A stretch of DNA of 63,823 nucleotides, the filler included, from Nitrospinota bacterium (lineage in GTDB: Bacteria > JAUXIQ01): assembly GCA_030620925.1 (NCBI GenBank). It is 13 parts of 13 records of this genome, joined end to end, with 100 filler letters (N's around TTAATTAATTAA, not from the genome) between each part and the next. Parts side by side here need not be neighbours in the genome. Positions count along the whole stretch, not along the records: positions 6,119 to 9,722 come from JAUXIQ010000300.1; positions 9,823 to 14,122 come from JAUXIQ010000233.1; positions 14,223 to 18,485 come from JAUXIQ010000239.1; positions 18,586 to 21,164 come from JAUXIQ010000436.1; 9 more parts are not named here. The stretch is one strand, 5' to 3'. Below, in pieces: positions 9,354-18,707 of this stretch. A program made the translations under genes and the position numbers. Below the pieces are notes generated by a model, which saw only the letters and a program-made list of their open reading frames with translations, did no database searches and was not told the origin of the DNA. Numbering within the stretch: the stretch's first letter is position 1; the number at the start of each line of letters is the position of its first letter.

Positions 9354-9722
9354 ATGGCGGGTGATATTGCGGAAAGGGCGAAAGCGGCAATAGATAAATA
9401 TAAAGATGGCATGGTGGAATTCTGCCGGGAGTTGGTGCGAAGGCCCAGCATGTCGGGACAGGAAGGGGATGTCGCTGAACTGATCCAATCTGAGATGCGC
9501 AAGCTGGGCTATGACGATGTGCGCGTAGACGGCACGGGTAACGTCATCGGCCTTATGAAAGGGGAGGGTGGCGGGAAGTCCATCATGCTGAACTCTCACA
9601 TGGATCACGTCCATCCCGGCGACGAGAGCGGCTGGCCTTACCCTCCATATTCCGGGGAATTGCGCGAGGGGCATGTTTGGGGCCGCGGTGCCAGCGACAC
9701 CAAAGGGGCTATAGCCACTCAG
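9354..9722 (+). CDS. M20 family metallohydrolase, YgeY-like (truncated at linker)
   Basis: ELVRRPSMSGQEG, GYDDVRVDGTGNVIG, SHMDHV, WGRGASDTKG. Confidence 0.85.
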
Positions 9723-9846
9723 NNNNNNNNNNNNNNNNNNNNNNNNNNNNNNNNNNNNNNNNNNNNTTAATTAATTAANNNNNNNNNNNNNNNNNNNNNN
9801 NNNNNNNNNNNNNNNNNNNNNNAGTTTGTGTCTGAGCAAAGGATTT

Positions 9847-9906
9847 GAAGGAACTTTTTTGTAAACCCCGCCTCCCGCGGGGCTAAAGCTCCCTCCAAAG
9901 TTTTTT
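9847..9906. repeat. Dispersed palindromic repeat, core AACCCCGCCTYCCGCGGGG (copy 1)
   Basis: Core at 9864-9882, preceded by GAAGGAACTTTTTTGTA. The core recurs at 25651, 31095 and 56145. Confidence 0.8.
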
Positions 9907-9958
9907 GAATCTGTTATTGGTGTTTGAGCCATTAAAACTTACCTGTCATTCAGCTTTT

Positions 9959-10879
9959 TCACTGAAACCTTATTCTGGGGTCTACGGCGGCGTAGAGGAC
10001 GTCCACCGCCAGGTTCACCAGCACGTAGCCCAATGCGATCACCAGCACGGCGCCCTGCACCACGGGGTAATCCCTCATCCAGATGGCCTCCACGGTGAGT
10101 CGCCCGACGCCCGGCCAGGCGAAGATGGTTTCGGTGATGATGGAGCCGGAGATCAGAACGCCCACTTGCAGCCCCAGCACGGTTATGAGGGGGATGAGAG
10201 CGTTGCCCAGGGCGTGTTTCCAGATAACAGCCCGCTCTTTCAGCCCCTTGGCGCGGGCGGTGCGGACGTACTCTTCGCCCAGGGTTTCCAGGAGGTTGGA
10301 CCTTGTCATTCGGGTGAGGATGGCCGCCAGGGCCGTCCCCAGGGTGACGGCGGGCAGTATCAGGTGCAGGAAGCCGCCTTTGCCCGATACCGGCAGCCAA
10401 CCCAACTGCAGTGAGAATATTATTATCAGAATCGGCCCCAGCCAGAAATTGGGCATGGAGACCCCGAAAAGGGCAAGGAACATGGAGCCGTGGTCCCACG
10501 CCGAATACTGCCTGGTGGCGGAGATGACTCCGGCGGGCAGAGCGATGAGCAGGGCCAGTATCATGGCCGCGGCGCCCAGTTGTATGGTAGCGGGCAGCCT
10601 GCGGGCGATGATTTTCGCCACCGGTTCTCCGCTCCTCAGGGAGTTACCCATGTCTCCGCTGAGCAGTCCGCCCAGGAAACGGAGGTATTGCTCGGACAGC
10701 GGCTTGTCGAGACCCAGGTGATGGGTCAGGGCCGCTCTTTCGGCTTCCCGGGCCGTCTCGCCGAGCATGAGGTCCACCGGGTCGCCGGGGATGAGGTGTA
10801 TGATGAAGAAGACGAAGGTTACCACTCCAAGCACCACGGGTATCAGCAGCAACAGTCTCCTTATCAGATAGTTCCTCAT
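9959..10879 (-). CDS. Peptide/nickel ABC transporter permease (DppB/NikB type)
   Basis: IPGDPV, GLDKPL..QY, EAA-like loop EEYVRTARAKGL, ETIFAWPGVG, RDYPVVQG, DPRIR. Confidence 0.93.
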   Translation of the reverse strand: MRNYLIRRLLLLIPVVLGVVTFVFFIIHLIPGDPVDLMLGETAREAERAALTHHLGLDKPLSEQYLRFLGGLLSGDMGNSLRSGEPVAKIIARRLPATIQLGAAAMILALLIALPAGVISATRQYSAWDHGSMFLALFGVSMPNFWLGPILIIIFSLQLGWLPVSGKGGFLHLILPAVTLGTALAAILTRMTRSNLLETLGEEYVRTARAKGLKERAVIWKHALGNALIPLITVLGLQVGVLISGSIITETIFAWPGVGRLTVEAIWMRDYPVVQGAVLVIALGYVLVNLAVDVLYAAVDPRIRFQ

Positions 10880-10904
10880 CTTCTTCCAGTGATTTTCCCC
10901 GGCA

Positions 10905-11870
10905 TCAGGCTTTTTTCTTAATCTCCTCCAGGTTGACGCAGTTCAGGATGTCTTCGCCATTCTGCAATCTGCGCACGTTTTCGGAGAGCTTCGTAGCGAT
11001 TCCTTCGTAGCCGGTATCCGTTGCCGCCCCGATATGGGGAGTGGCGGTTACGTTCATCTGAAATATGGGGTCGTCGGGGTCCACCGGTTCTTCCCAGAAG
11101 ACGTCCAGCCCTACGCCGGCCACCTTGTCGTTCTTGAGGGCGTACTCCAGGGTCTCTCTGTCCACGAACCCGCCCCGGGCCACGTTGATGAAATAGGCCC
11201 CTGGTTTCATCCTGTCGAACAGCGATTTATCTATGAGCCCCTTCTGGTCGGGAGTGTAGCCGGCGGTGCAGGCTACGATGTCGGAGTTCTCGAAGAGATA
11301 GCCCAGGTCGGATTTATCCAGCCACTGAAAACCGTATTCCTGCTTCAACTCTTCGGTGGCGAAAAGTTCCACTCCCAGGAGCGTCACTTCGAAGGGTTTG
11401 AGCCTTCGGGCGAGGGTTTTACCGATGTTGCCAACGCCGATGATGCCGATGGTCTTCCCGTAGAGGGTGGTTCCCGCGGGCTGGCCTAGTTTTTTGTCTT
11501 TCAAGAATTCCTGCGATTTGTGGTACCTGCGAGTGTGCAGCATCATGTGCAATACGGCCACTTCGGCAACCGACTCGGCGTTGCCGCTCCCCAGCGAGGG
11601 GACGTTGGCCACCATTATGTTGCGCTCGGTGGCCGCGGGTATATCCACTCCCTCCAGCCCCACACCCGCCTGGTGAATTATCTTGAGCGTTTTCCCGGCG
11701 TCCATTATCTCCGCCGTGATGCGGTTCATGGCGGGGATGATGAGGGAGGCGTCGGAGATGTTCTCAAGGATGGTGTCGGGCGGGCAGTGCACTATCTGGC
11801 AATCCGGCAGCTTCGATTCCAGTCGCTCGGTCAGGTCCCCCCATCTACCGCCGGGGAACAATATCTTCAT
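10905..11870 (-). CDS. D-isomer specific 2-hydroxyacid dehydrogenase
   Basis: GIIGVGNIG Rossmann motif, INVARG, LDVFWEEP, TPHIG. Confidence 0.92.
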   Translation of the reverse strand: MKILFPGGRWGDLTERLESKLPDCQIVHCPPDTILENISDASLIIPAMNRITAEIMDAGKTLKIIHQAGVGLEGVDIPAATERNIMVANVPSLGSGNAESVAEVAVLHMMLHTRRYHKSQEFLKDKKLGQPAGTTLYGKTIGIIGVGNIGKTLARRLKPFEVTLLGVELFATEELKQEYGFQWLDKSDLGYLFENSDIVACTAGYTPDQKGLIDKSLFDRMKPGAYFINVARGGFVDRETLEYALKNDKVAGVGLDVFWEEPVDPDDPIFQMNVTATPHIGAATDTGYEGIATKLSENVRRLQNGEDILNCVNLEEIKKKA

Positions 11871-11939
11871 GGCTTCAGTCCTTTCATTTTCGGGTGTTAT
11901 TATGTTTCTTCATTATCCCCATTGCCGGCTGATGCAGCT

Positions 11940-12212
11940 CTATTCCCTCACTCGCTTCAGCTCGATGACCACCTGGTTGTAGCTGTCTATGCAACCCAGC
12001 TCGATGGTATCCTTATCCTCATACCAGGGGTATTCACCGCCGAATTGCAGGGTGGATATCCAGGGGAAAAGATCGTGATAGAAGAAACCGCACAGGCCGT
12101 CGGAGCTGTAGCCGCTCAAGTTGAGCTTGTCGCCTACTTTGTGACCCGCAGAGCAATCGCCTTTGACGCTTTTGATTGTCCCGATGATTTTGTAACCTAA
12201 TTGCTCGCTCAT
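11940..12212 (-). CDS. TIGR04076-like small Cys-containing protein
   Basis: VKGDCSAGHKVGD...GLCG....LFP....LQFGG..PW.....CID.....IELKR. Confidence 0.75.
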   Translation of the reverse strand: MSEQLGYKIIGTIKSVKGDCSAGHKVGDKLNLSGYSSDGLCGFFYHDLFPWISTLQFGGEYPWYEDKDTIELGCIDSYNQVVIELKRVRE

Positions 12213-12257
12213 CCTCTCCCCCTCCTTCAGTTGAGAAATAAATTATTGTCGAGTTGG

Positions 12258-13595
12258 TTAGATCGCTTCTTCTATCTTATCGAAAACGGTTTTTCTGATC
12301 GTTTCGTAATCCGCGGGCAGTTCCACGGGCTGATTGGCATACCTGGGCTCCACTCCGGCCAATCTGTTCTGGTGGTAGTCGTTCTTGAAATCGGAGAACT
12401 TGAGGCCGTGGGCTGTTGAAATAATGACTACCCTGTGGTGCGGTTTTACGATGCCCCTCTTTATCAGCTTGTACAGCACGGCCAGGGCCACGCCGGTGTG
12501 CGGACAGTTGAACATCCCGAATTTATCCGCCAGGGCGGCGGAGTTGGCCAGTTCGTCCTCGGTGGCCTGTTCCACTATTCCGTCGAACTTCTTCAGTATG
12601 TCGATGGCCTTGTGCACGTTTACGGGGTCGCCTATCTGGATGGCGCTGGCGGCTGTGGGCTTAGCTTTTATGGGATCAAATTCCTTGAATTTCTTGAGGT
12701 AGCTGAGGTAGACGGGGTTAGCGCGCTCCGCCTGGGCGCACACCAGACGGGGCAGCTTGTCGATGAGCCCCAGCTCTTTCATCATCAGGTACCCTTTACC
12801 CAGGGCGGTGAGGTTGCCCATGTTGCCGCCGGGGATGATGACGAAATCGGAGGTCTCCCAATCGAACTGCTGGACTATCTCTACGCTGACCGTCTTCTGC
12901 CCCTCTATGCGCAGGGAGTTCATGGAGTTGGCAAGATAGATGTCGTTCTCCTCGCAAAATTGCTGGACGAGTTTCATGCAGCCGTCGAAATCGGTATCCA
13001 GGGAGAGGACCAGGGAATCGTTGGCCAGCGGCTGCACCAATTGAGCCGCTGAAACTTTTCCCCTGGGCAGGAAGACCACCGACTGGATGCCGGCCGCCGC
13101 ACAGTATGCCGCCAGGGCGGCGGAAGTATCGCCGGTTGAAGCGCAGGCAACGGCGTTTATCCTCTTACCGTTGGCTATCATCTGGTTGACCACCGATACC
13201 AGCACCGTCATCCCCACATCCTTGAAGGAACCGGTGTGGCTGTTCCCGCATTGTTTGACCCATAGATCATTCAGGCCCAGCTCTTTGCCCAGCCTTTCAG
13301 CCCAGAAGAGGTTAGTGCCTCCCTCGTACATGGAGACGACGTTAGCGTTGTCCACGTTGGGGCAGACCCATTCCTTCTTCCCCCATACGGCGCTCCCCTG
13401 GGGCCAGGTGTGGCGTTTGTAACGGTCGTCGAAGAGGTCCTTCCACTCCTTGGCACCGCGGGCCTTCAGTTTGTCCATGTCGTGGACAACTTCCAACAGG
13501 GAACCGCATTTGCGACAATGGTAGATTACGTCTAAAAGATCGTAAGTTGCGCCGCAATCGGGGTTGATGCACCTGAAATGTGCGGTGAATTCCAT
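12258..13595 (-). CDS. thrC: Threonine synthase (long, plant-like type)
   Basis: HTGSFKD PLP lysine, CASTGDTSAAL, ANSMNSLRIEGQKT, PGGNMGN, STAHGLKF; N-terminal Cys pairs. Confidence 0.93.
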   Translation of the reverse strand: MEFTAHFRCINPDCGATYDLLDVIYHCRKCGSLLEVVHDMDKLKARGAKEWKDLFDDRYKRHTWPQGSAVWGKKEWVCPNVDNANVVSMYEGGTNLFWAERLGKELGLNDLWVKQCGNSHTGSFKDVGMTVLVSVVNQMIANGKRINAVACASTGDTSAALAAYCAAAGIQSVVFLPRGKVSAAQLVQPLANDSLVLSLDTDFDGCMKLVQQFCEENDIYLANSMNSLRIEGQKTVSVEIVQQFDWETSDFVIIPGGNMGNLTALGKGYLMMKELGLIDKLPRLVCAQAERANPVYLSYLKKFKEFDPIKAKPTAASAIQIGDPVNVHKAIDILKKFDGIVEQATEDELANSAALADKFGMFNCPHTGVALAVLYKLIKRGIVKPHHRVVIISTAHGLKFSDFKNDYHQNRLAGVEPRYANQPVELPADYETIRKTVFDKIEEAI

Positions 13596-13663
13596 GGTTT
13601 TTTCTCTGTTAACGCCTTTATGGTCTCAGGGTCATGGCGTTTAAGCTTACCGCTGGCAGGGGT

Positions 13664-14122
13664 TCATTTATAACTTGCCGTTTCAGCCATGGTTACCCGG
13701 CTGATAATTTTGGGGTCTATCATGACGTTGATGCAGGCCGGGACCCCCGAGGAGAATGCCCTCTCCAGGGCCGGTTTCACATCCTCAGGTTTCTCCACGA
13801 ACTCTCCGTAGCCTCCCATGGCTTCCACTATTTTTTCATAGCGACGGATGCCGAGCTCCGTGGCCACCACGCGGTCTTCGCCGTAGCGCAGCTCCTGCCC
13901 GTGCTTGATCATTCCCCAGGCCTGGTCATTACCCACCACGGCCACGAAAGGAAGGTTGTGGCGCATTGCGGTGTCGAATTCGAAGCCGTTGAATCCGAAA
14001 GAGCCGTCGCCCACCAACAGGAGCACCTGTTTATCCGGATAGGCCAACCTGGCCGCCAGGGCATAGGGTATGCCTACACCGATGCAGCCTAAACGGCCCT
14101 GGATGGAGGAAATGGAGTGCCC
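13664..14122 (-). CDS. Thiamine-diphosphate-binding enzyme (acetolactate synthase/IlvBL/2-hydroxyacyl-CoA lyase-like), C-terminal part
   Basis: GCIGVGIPYA, then ThDP motif GDGSFGFNG...VVGNDQAWG. The 5' end is lost at the linker. Confidence 0.88.
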   Translation of the reverse strand, partial: GHSISSIQGRLGCIGVGIPYALAARLAYPDKQVLLLVGDGSFGFNGFEFDTAMRHNLPFVAVVGNDQAWGMIKHGQELRYGEDRVVATELGIRRYEKIVEAMGGYGEFVEKPEDVKPALERAFSSGVPACINVMIDPKIISRVTMAETASYK

Positions 14123-14222
14123 NNNNNNNNNNNNNNNNNNNNNNNNNNNNNNNNNNNNNNNNNNNNTTAATTAATTAANNNNNNNNNNNNNNNNNNNNNN
14201 NNNNNNNNNNNNNNNNNNNNNN

Positions 14223-14676
14223 CGAGGCACACGGTATGCACTATCAGAAACCCGTCAGGGGACAGAAGACCCGCCAGATCCCTAATATGTTTATATGGGT
14301 CCAGAAGGTGCTCCAGTATAGCATAACTGAGAATAAGATCAAACAGTCCCATGGAAGGAGGGTCTTCTTCAAAATCCCATCTATAATCGACTTCCTGCAA
14401 ACCCGCTGTATTTGTCCGGTCGACTTTAATTTCTCGCCCTATGAGTTTTGCGGCACTGGCATCTTCACCGGCCAATAAAGCCCTTTTTGGAGACGGAACT
14501 ATATCGCGGGACCATTTAATAATCTCGCCATGATAAAAAGTGGACTCACTGGGTAATCCCTGCAGCGTAAATTTCTCGTAGTCTGTCTTATCAAACTCAC
14601 CGTAGATTTTTTCCCATTCATCCATCTGCTTGCGACGCGCTTTTCGGCTCAAATAACTGATTATTTTCCTTCTCAT
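14223..14676 (-). CDS. Class I SAM-dependent methyltransferase-like protein (truncated)
   Basis: FDLILSYAILEHLLDP...LLSPDGFLIV; motif I is degenerate. Confidence 0.65.
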
Positions 14677-14754
14677 TCCATTTCATCCCCAATTACTTAG
14701 CGGCCGCTGAAATCGATCATGGTGAAATTATAAAGGGATTCTTAGCTGAAAAAG

Positions 14755-15831
14755 CTAATGCTGGAAGCGGCGCGGCGAATAGCTTTCAAGAGGTATCTCC
14801 GCCTCCCCTTCTTTTATGAGCTGTGCCATCAACACGCCCACCACGGCGGATAAAGTTATGCCGCTGTGCATGACGGCGTTGAAAAAACCCTTGACCTCTC
14901 TTGTCTCACCCAGTATGGGGAGCTCGTCCGCCGGCATGGGCCTTAAACCCGAGTAGGCACGGATGAAGTGAACCTTCTCCGTCAAAGGCATAATCTTTCG
15001 GGCTCTGGAGGCCAGCGCGCCGATGCCTTCCGGCGTGCAGACGTTCTGGTATCCGGCCTCCTCGTCCAGGCGGCCCACCAGCAGGTTGCCGCTTGGCGTC
15101 TGCCTTACGTCATCCAGGATGTGGCTAATCACGGGGGGCAGCGGCTCGGAGACAAGTATCTGCCCCCGCACGGGCCTCACCGGAACATCCAGGCCTACCA
15201 TGCGGCCGACATGAGGGGCATGAACGCCCGCCGCGTTGACCACCCTCTCCACCCGTATATCCCCCGAATCGGTTATCACGGAATGCACCCGCCCGTCCCT
15301 TACCCGTATCTCTTGCACCTCGGTGTTTCCAGGGATGCACGCCCCCAGCTCGCGCGCCCGGCGCTGATACCCACAGACCAGCCGGAAGGGGTTCAGCGAG
15401 CCGCCCAGGGGGCAGTAGGTGGCTCCCTGAAACCCTGCCCGCAGGCCGGGCTCCAGTGCGTAAAGCTCGGAGGGCTCCAGGAGGTCTATCTGATTACCTT
15501 CCTCTTTCAGCTCGGATACCTCCCGCTGCGCCGCCCTGAATTCCGCCTCGTCTTCCAGAAGGATCAGGCTGCCCTGAGGCCGGTACTCCACGTCAAACCC
15601 CAGACACCGGGAGATATCGGGGAACAGGTCAAGGCTCGCCTTCCTCAATTGATAGTAGGAAAAGGGCCGTTGGCCGTGAGCGCCCACCCAGGCGAAGGTG
15701 GCCCCGGAGGTGCCGGAGCAGACGCTTCCCCTCTCCAGCAGGATCACCTCCACCCCCGCTTCCGCCAGGCGGTAAGCTATGGACGAACCCACGGCTCCGC
15801 CGCCTATCACCGCCACGTCAGCACTCTTCAA
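14755..15831 (-). CDS. FAD-dependent oxidoreductase (DAO/glycine oxidase/SoxB-like)
   Basis: VIGGGAVG, VVNAAG, PVRGQI, AYSGLRPMPAD.LPILG, HSGITLS. Confidence 0.92.
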   Translation of the reverse strand: MKSADVAVIGGGAVGSSIAYRLAEAGVEVILLERGSVCSGTSGATFAWVGAHGQRPFSYYQLRKASLDLFPDISRCLGFDVEYRPQGSLILLEDEAEFRAAQREVSELKEEGNQIDLLEPSELYALEPGLRAGFQGATYCPLGGSLNPFRLVCGYQRRARELGACIPGNTEVQEIRVRDGRVHSVITDSGDIRVERVVNAAGVHAPHVGRMVGLDVPVRPVRGQILVSEPLPPVISHILDDVRQTPSGNLLVGRLDEEAGYQNVCTPEGIGALASRARKIMPLTEKVHFIRAYSGLRPMPADELPILGETREVKGFFNAVMHSGITLSAVVGVLMAQLIKEGEAEIPLESYSPRRFQH

Positions 15832-15908
15832 TCTTCGGCCTCCCGATTATCACACACGGCGAGAACGGGTCGGGCAAAGCTCATCTGCATAGTGCAAAAC
15901 CGCCTCAC

Positions 15909-16916
15909 TCATAAGGAAGGCGTCCAGTTCCTCACCGTGTCCCTTACGGCCGTAAAATTTTCGTCGGGGATGAGCTTCATGAGCTGTGAGCAGCCGCCCG
16001 CCAGCAGGTGTCGCTTCCCGCTGGTCTCCCTCAGCGCTTTAAGTGTGTCTTCAACCAGCTTTTGAGGGGTGCTTTCCGCGAAAGGCTCCCTGGAGCCCAG
16101 GCCCCCCACAACCGCGCCCGGTGCTTTTTCCAGAACTTCTCCCAGGCCCGGATTCCCCGGCTCATCCGTCTCCCAGTTGTAGCAGTGCACCGGATAATCG
16201 CTCACCAGGTCGAAATTAATGTTACTGCGGCAGATGTGAAGCATGTTGAAACCGGCCTCGGCGGCCCCTTCCAGCACCTTGAGGTCGTAAGGACGGCCGA
16301 ACTCGTTATACTCGGCGTCGGTCATGTAGTCGTGCTGGGGCCCGAAGCTCAAGGCGTAGAAGAATCCGGAGACTCCGGCTTCCAGGCAGAGGAGCATATG
16401 TTCCCTGAAAGTATCGGCGATGGCTGAGAGGGCCCGATGCGTCGCCTCCCCGCCCTCGATGAGCAGGCGTTTCAGCTTCTGGGGATCGTTACCCACCAGG
16501 TAAGCGGCAATGGTGAGAGGTGAAAAGACGGTGTGTATGAAGAGCATTTCGCCTTTCAATCCCTCCTTTATATATTTCAGCGCCTGGAGATGCTCGTCCA
16601 GGGGAGGGGCGGTGGGCGACATAGGCTCCACCCGCTCCCAATCCTCAGGTGAATTTACAATAGGTTTTGTGCAGGGCGGGCTTTTGACACCGTCCGGCGA
16701 TGCCCCGAACTCCACGCCCCACACCTCGGCATGATAAGAGGCCCTGGCCTGCACCTTCATATAATCCCAATCCAGCCGCCGGTTGTACTCCAACATGGAG
16801 TCGGCCAGGTCACGCGCCGCGCCCTCCCTGTCGAAGAAATGTCCCCAGAAGCTCACCGGCGCGTGATCGACGTCGTCCCCGGCCAATGCGGCCAGCACAC
16901 GTTCCACTTTATCCAT
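15909..16916 (-). CDS. Uroporphyrinogen decarboxylase (UroD/MtaA) superfamily protein
   Basis: MDKVERVLAALAG..VD..PVSFWGHF, TVFSPLT, EFGRPYDL.VL, MLHIC, LAGGCS. Start at 16916 after a GGAGAG RBS. Confidence 0.82.
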   Translation of the reverse strand: MDKVERVLAALAGDDVDHAPVSFWGHFFDREGAARDLADSMLEYNRRLDWDYMKVQARASYHAEVWGVEFGASPDGVKSPPCTKPIVNSPEDWERVEPMSPTAPPLDEHLQALKYIKEGLKGEMLFIHTVFSPLTIAAYLVGNDPQKLKRLLIEGGEATHRALSAIADTFREHMLLCLEAGVSGFFYALSFGPQHDYMTDAEYNEFGRPYDLKVLEGAAEAGFNMLHICRSNINFDLVSDYPVHCYNWETDEPGNPGLGEVLEKAPGAVVGGLGSREPFAESTPQKLVEDTLKALRETSGKRHLLAGGCSQLMKLIPDENFTAVRDTVRNWTPSL

Positions 16917-16951
16917 GTCTCTCTCCCCCTTATAAGGGTTCCTGAACCCGC

Positions 16952-17743
16952 CTAAGAAATCCCCCTGTTCATCCCCCCGTCGGTGCTGATGGCGGTGCCG
17001 GTGATGAAGCTGGCCCATCTGGACGCCAGGAACACTATCAGCCCGGCCACCTCGTCAGCCTCGCCGAAGCGGCCCAGGGGTATGTATGACTCGGCGATGT
17101 AGTCGATAACCTCCTGCGGCTCCATGCCCATCTCCTGTCCCCGCAGCCTGGCGGAGCGCTCCCACATCGGTGTCATGATGGGGCCCGGGCATACGGCGTT
17201 GACCAGAATATTGTCCCCGGCCAGCTCATCGGCAAGGTGTCTGCTGAGGTTCATCAGAGCCGCCTTGGCCGCGCTGTAGCCTACGGGGCCGGGCGTGGGC
17301 TGTTTGGCGTAAACGGTGGAAACGTTTATGATACGCCCTCCGCCCCGCTCCTTCATGTGAGGGACAGCCTCCCTGACGCACCTGATTGCGCTGTACAGGT
17401 TGACCTCCAGGTCGTATTGCCAGTCCTCGTCGGTCTTGGTGATAATGGTGCCCCGGGTGGCGTCGCCCACGTTGTTGACCAGGATGTCCAGGCCGCCGAA
17501 CTTCCCGACGGTGGAGTTTATGAGGTTGTCGATATCCGCCTGCACCATCATGTCCGCCTTCAACGCAAGCACGTCGCAGCCCAGCTCTTTTATTCCGGCG
17601 GCGGCCTCATCCAGGGCCCCCTGCCCCCGGGCGCATATGACCACCGAAGCGCCCTCCCTGGCGAATAGCCGGGCGGCGGCTTTCCCTATTCCCATGCTGG
17701 CCCCGGTGACAACTGCTACTTTCCCTTCCAGCCCCAAATCCAC
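16952..17743 (-). CDS. Short-chain dehydrogenase/reductase
   Basis: TGASMGIG, LVNNVG, YSAAK catalytic motif, PLGRFG, TDGG. Confidence 0.93.
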   Translation of the reverse strand: MDLGLEGKVAVVTGASMGIGKAAARLFAREGASVVICARGQGALDEAAAGIKELGCDVLALKADMMVQADIDNLINSTVGKFGGLDILVNNVGDATRGTIITKTDEDWQYDLEVNLYSAIRCVREAVPHMKERGGGRIINVSTVYAKQPTPGPVGYSAAKAALMNLSRHLADELAGDNILVNAVCPGPIMTPMWERSARLRGQEMGMEPQEVIDYIAESYIPLGRFGEADEVAGLIVFLASRWASFITGTAISTDGGMNRGIS

Positions 17744-17836
17744 CTCTGTTCCCTCCCTGTTCAGCGCCGCCGAAGCGGCGGTCGTATCGACGCCCGCGGG
17801 TTCCTGCAGATAACGCTGTTCTTATCACCCGGCGCC

Positions 17837-18253
17837 TCACAATAGGCCCACGGCCTTGGCCAGAGCATCACTGACCTCACCGGGAATCCGCTTCGGTTTC
17901 CCGTTTGCGTCGGTCATGCCGTGGACGGTGGAACCCTCCACCAGCACAGAGCCGTCCTGCTCCCTGAAAACCTTATAGTTGAAGTAGATGCGGACCCCGG
18001 TCGTTCGGGCCACCTCCACGGCCACAGTAACCAGATCGTCATACCTGGCCGGCGCCAGGTATTTCACGCGCGATTCGATAACGGGCAGGAAATATCCCCC
18101 CTCTTCCAGCTCCTTGTATCTTATGCCCAGGGCGATGAACAGCTCGGTCCGGCAGGCGTCGAACCAGGCAAGATAATTCGCGTAGTAGACCACTCCCATC
18201 TGGTCCGTCTCTGAATATCGCACCCTGAACGTAATCTGATTAAAAGTTGTCAT
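17837..18253 (-). CDS. YbgC/4-HBT family acyl-CoA thioesterase
   Basis: RVRYSETDQMGVVYYANYLAWF, YLAPARYDD. Start MTTFNQ at 18253. Confidence 0.9.
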   Translation of the reverse strand: MTTFNQITFRVRYSETDQMGVVYYANYLAWFDACRTELFIALGIRYKELEEGGYFLPVIESRVKYLAPARYDDLVTVAVEVARTTGVRIYFNYKVFREQDGSVLVEGSTVHGMTDANGKPKRIPGEVSDALAKAVGLL

Positions 18254-18270
18254 CTCAGCCAGACATGGGG

Positions 18271-18485
18271 TTAAAAACGTGTGGGGATGAAATCGCCCAG
18301 AGAGCCTTTTAGAATACCCTCCAGGATTTCGCTCCCCACGCCGTATACCACGGCGTGTACGGTGAGGCTCCCCCTGCACGCTCCCTCCTCCAGTCGTCCC
18401 TTCAGCGAGGGGGCTTCTTCGAAGGAGGTGGCGCTGGCCATGAGGCAGCCGCCTGCCCCGTCATCGAACAGAAGCTTGATATGAC
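18271..18485 (-). CDS. C-terminal fragment of an unknown protein (possibly CobW-associated C-terminal domain)
   Basis: My translation: HIKLLFDDGAGGCLMASATSFEEAPSLKGRLEEGACRGSLTVHAVVYGVGSEILEGILKGSLGDFIPTRF*, ending just upstream of the thioesterase. The family call is weak. Confidence 0.4.
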
Positions 18486-18707
18486 NNNNNNNNNNNNNNN
18501 NNNNNNNNNNNNNNNNNNNNNNNNNNNNNTTAATTAATTAANNNNNNNNNNNNNNNNNNNNNNNNNNNNNNNNNNNNNNNNNNNNCGGGATGGTCGGCGT
18601 GCGGAACTTCGCGGCCTCATTTTTTGAGTAGCGTAGAATCGACCTAGTCTGTATAATAGCTGAGTCGGACAAAATAGAAGGGTAATGTTTCCTAGGGAGG
18701 GGAAAGA

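Noticed and set aside
15909-16916. hemE
   Set aside because: Lacks the MRQAGRY signature.
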